Positions 61,640 through 64,000 of a stretch of 64,000 bases of DNA are shown one piece after another; position 1 is the first letter of the stretch; every line of letters starts with the position of its first letter. The DNA lies in the NCBI GenBank assembly GCA_017609645.1, contig JAFCDQ010000002.1:65260-129259 (forward strand), written 5' to 3'. Below the pieces are notes generated by a model. That model was not told the DNA's origin. It searched no databases and worked only from the letters and a program-made list of their open reading frames with translations. The position numbers were made by a program, and so were the translations under genes. The stretch is from Candidatus Woesearchaeota archaeon (GTDB lineage Archaea > Nanobdellota > Nanobdellia > Woesearchaeales > ARS49).

Positions 61640-62479
61640 TCACCTAAATAATTTTGAAGTACCTAACTTCTTTTCAAGATCTTTTGCTTTTAAAAATGAT
61701 TTTCTAAACTCATTAACCTTATTAAAAATATAAGTAAATTCCATTAAACAAATTTCATCAGCTTTGGTACCCCAACTAGCCAAGGTCACAGTGTTTATAT
61801 GATTTATTAAACTCTCTAACATTTTGGACTCAGACTCAAACAAACCCTCTAAAGCAGCAATAATACCTAATTCTTCACTTGCTAATTGCTTTGAAACAAT
61901 TTTCTTAACTTCAACTTCTCTTTCAATTTTTTCTTCTTTTTTCTCAAGAGCTTTTTCAGAAGTTGAAATCTTCTTGCCAATCGCTTTTGTTCCGCCAAAA
62001 ATAATCAAAGCAACAGTTATTACAGTTAAGATAATAGGAATAATCAAAAACTCAGTCTCACCCATAAAAGCTAACCCTGTGATGTCTTCCTTAAAAATTT
62101 GAGCAAGAATAAATAAAGTCCAAGTGGCAATAGTTAAAACAAGAACAGGAACAACAAATTTCTTACCTCCAAATTTAGCTCCGCCCCATTTGAAAAAGAA
62201 AATAAACACAGCAATAACTGCTAAACCAATTCCAATTAATTTTACAGCATCACTTTGAAAGAAAGCAACATCTTTGAAAATCTTATCCCCTAAAAATAAG
62301 ATTAAACCAATAATAACCAAAAGAGCTACTATAAATCCTGATTTTACTGGATTTTTACCCATTGTATAACCATAACCTGCTTTTCTTTTTGCAATCCAAG
62401 TCTTGATGCCATAAAATATTCCTACTATTAGTAGCAAACCTGCAGTTCCTAACAAAATTACTAACCAACTTTCTGCCAT
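61640..62479 (-). CDS. Polytopic membrane protein with a C-terminal cytoplasmic coiled-coil domain
   Basis: 279 aa with 7 TM helices. Confidence 0.4.
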   Translation of the reverse strand: MAESWLVILLGTAGLLLIVGIFYGIKTWIAKRKAGYGYTMGKNPVKSGFIVALLVIIGLILFLGDKIFKDVAFFQSDAVKLIGIGLAVIAVFIFFFKWGGAKFGGKKFVVPVLVLTIATWTLFILAQIFKEDITGLAFMGETEFLIIPIILTVITVALIIFGGTKAIGKKISTSEKALEKKEEKIEREVEVKKIVSKQLASEELGIIAALEGLFESESKMLESLINHINTVTLASWGTKADEICLMEFTYIFNKVNEFRKSFLKAKDLEKKLGTSKLFR

Positions 62480-62623
62480 CTCTTTTAAACATTAAAACTT
62501 TTTAATTTAAAAAGATGTGTGACTACATTGGAATAGTGTAGGCTAGAAAATCAACGCCCCTGCCCTGGCTGCGCCAGAAAAAGCCACTAAAGTGACATGC
62601 CATTAACTACAATTTGTTTTCTA

Positions 62624-62698
62624 CGCCCCAGCTGAGATTTGAACTCAGGTCTCTGCCTCGAGAGGGCAGCATACTTGGCCGGGCTATACTACTGGGGC
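62624..62698 (-). tRNA. tRNA-Glu(CTC)
   Basis: Minus strand reads GCCCCAGTAGTATAGCCCGGCCAAGTATGCTGCCCTCTCGAGGCAGAGACCTGAGTTCAAATCTCAGCTGGGGCG. Anticodon stem CTGCC/GGCAG with loop CTCTCGA. Confidence 0.65.
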
Positions 62699-62754
62699 AT
62701 ATCTTAAAAATTTAAGGAAAAGTATTTAATATTAACTGAATATCTATCATAAAT

Positions 62755-63246
62755 ATGGCAAAGCCAGAAAATGTACAAAAAGCATTAAGCACATTAGCAA
62801 TCATAATCTTATTCATACCATTAGTATTTATGGGAGCAAATGTTTTCTTTCCAGACTATGAGGATTATTATCCAGGGAAAAACTGTTATGCAACACCAAG
62901 ACCTGTAAATGCAGCACCAGGAGTTGCTGAAACCTGGGACAAAGACAGACAAGACTGCATGGACCAAGAAAGAACAGAAAGACAACAATGGGAAGAAGAC
63001 AGAAGAGTATATGAAGGACAAAAATATATCTTTGTATCTATTGTTTGCTTGGTAGCAATACTAGCAGCATTATTAATACCATTAAATCCACAAATAAAAT
63101 GGGGATTATTCATAGGTGCAATAGTATCAGCATTCTTTGCAACACTTATTTATTTCAGAACAAAATCAATCATAGGCTTCTTGATATTAGTTATATTGTT
63201 TATTCTAGTGATAGTATTTATTGGCAGGCAGAAAATAAAGAAATAA
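62755..63246 (+). CDS. Membrane protein (hypothetical)
   Basis: 163 aa with an N-terminal TM, a Cys-containing loop and two C-terminal TM helices. Confidence 0.4.
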   Translation: MAKPENVQKALSTLAIIILFIPLVFMGANVFFPDYEDYYPGKNCYATPRPVNAAPGVAETWDKDRQDCMDQERTERQQWEEDRRVYEGQKYIFVSIVCLVAILAALLIPLNPQIKWGLFIGAIVSAFFATLIYFRTKSIIGFLILVILFILVIVFIGRQKIKK

Positions 63247-63359
63247 GCCTAAAATTTAAAAACTAACTTCTTTTTTCTTTCTATTATAATGCCGGCGTGG
63301 CATACTCAAAAATCATTATCATGATTTTCGGTCGCCTCGCCAACATTCGTTACACTCAT

Positions 63360-63443
63360 GCCGGCGTGGCACAACCTGGTACTGCGCAGCCCTGGAAAGG
63401 CTGTTTCCGCAAGGATATCTCGGTTCAAATCCGAGCGCCGGCG
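63360..63443 (+). tRNA. tRNA-Ser(GGA)
   Basis: GCCGGCG acceptor, 3-bp D-stem, anticodon loop CTGGAAA, 15-nt variable arm, T-arm CTCGGTTCAAATCCGAG, discriminator G. Confidence 0.85.
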
Positions 63444-63524
63444 TACTAACCCAAAACAATCGAGCGCAGGCTTACCTTTTCTACCAAAAGCTTTAAAAAG
63501 GATTTACTGTTTTTCAGAGGAATC

Positions 63525-63791
63525 ATGAAAGGAACAATAACAGCATTCAGAGGCACAAGAAGAGTGAAAAAAGGCAATCAATGCATAATCCAAGCAGAGA
63601 AAGTTGCCAAAAAAGAAGAAGCAGAGAAACTAGTAGGCAAAATAGTAACCTGGAAAACTCCTTCTAAAAAAGAGCCAAAAGAAATAAAAGGCAAAATCAC
63701 AGCAGTCCATGGCGGAAATGGCGCTGTAAGGGTTTTATTTGAAAAAGGCATGCCTGGCCAAAGTTTAGGAACAGAAGTTAAGATTGAATAA
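63525..63791 (+). CDS. rpl35ae: Ribosomal protein L35Ae
   Basis: 88 aa and basic. Pattern GTR..LVGKIVTWKT..GKI..HGGNGAVRVLF matches the L35Ae family. Confidence 0.65.
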   Translation: MKGTITAFRGTRRVKKGNQCIIQAEKVAKKEEAEKLVGKIVTWKTPSKKEPKEIKGKITAVHGGNGAVRVLFEKGMPGQSLGTEVKIE

Positions 63792-63814
63792 ATCCACAGT
63801 GAGGTAAAGACAAA

Positions 63815-64000
63815 ATGGCTATAAGCGAAGAACAAATGGAATTTGTAGAACCAAATTATGAAACTCTTATACAAGATTTGATAGATTTTCCAAAAAAATA
63901 TGAACAAGTAGATAAAAAAGCAATTGAAAATGGAGAATTTGACTTAGAAACAACTATACTTGCAACAGTTAAAACTTATTTTAAAATAAAAGCAAATACA
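63815..64000 (+). CDS. Hypothetical protein, partial (runs off window end)
   Basis: ATG at 63815, preceded by gaggtaaaga. Open for 62 codons to the window edge. Confidence 0.35.
   Translation, partial: MAISEEQMEFVEPNYETLIQDLIDFPKKYEQVDKKAIENGEFDLETTILATVKTYFKIKANT

Overview
This 64 kb window is AT-rich (about 32% GC) and reads as a DPANN-type archaeal chromosome segment. The archaeal assignment rests on several features:
- A minus-strand rRNA operon (16S, tRNA-Ala, 23S) with the tRNA-Ala in the ITS.
- Intron-containing tRNAs.
- aCPSF1, proteasome beta subunit, an archaeal-type ProRS, LonB, Kae1 and L35Ae.
- Shine-Dalgarno-like AGGTGAT motifs complementary to the 16S 3' end.

Housekeeping genes include metG, ileS, proS, a K+-dependent membrane pyrophosphatase, ispH, a Udk-like kinase, a ZIP transporter and corA. 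They are interleaved with many secreted or membrane proteins that have no assignable function. Among these is an 835-aa Gly-repeat fibre protein with a phage-tail-spike-type C-terminal auto-chaperone domain, encoded in an apparent operon with Cys-rich secreted proteins.

Structures not explained by the gene calls:
- Three single genes are each bracketed by short direct repeats copied from neighbouring gene ends or promoters: the TPR gene (55 nt, exact), corA (about 104 nt) and a 2-hydroxyacid dehydrogenase (about 35 nt).
- Downstream of an intron-containing tRNA-Ser(CGA) lies a tandem array of decayed tRNA 3'-end (att-like) copies, next to a HEPN/MNT toxin-antitoxin pair.
- The ITS tRNA-Ala carries an apparent intron at a non-canonical T-loop position.
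- A bacterial-type IspH is present in an archaeal background.
- A membrane-anchored AAA+-like ATPase has a pseudo-duplicated 3' end.
- A stand-alone Cas4-like nuclease is present.
- I saw no CRISPR array, integrase or transposase.

All calls come from reading the sequence and the six-frame track by eye. I could not run homology searches, so family assignments rest on recognisable motifs.
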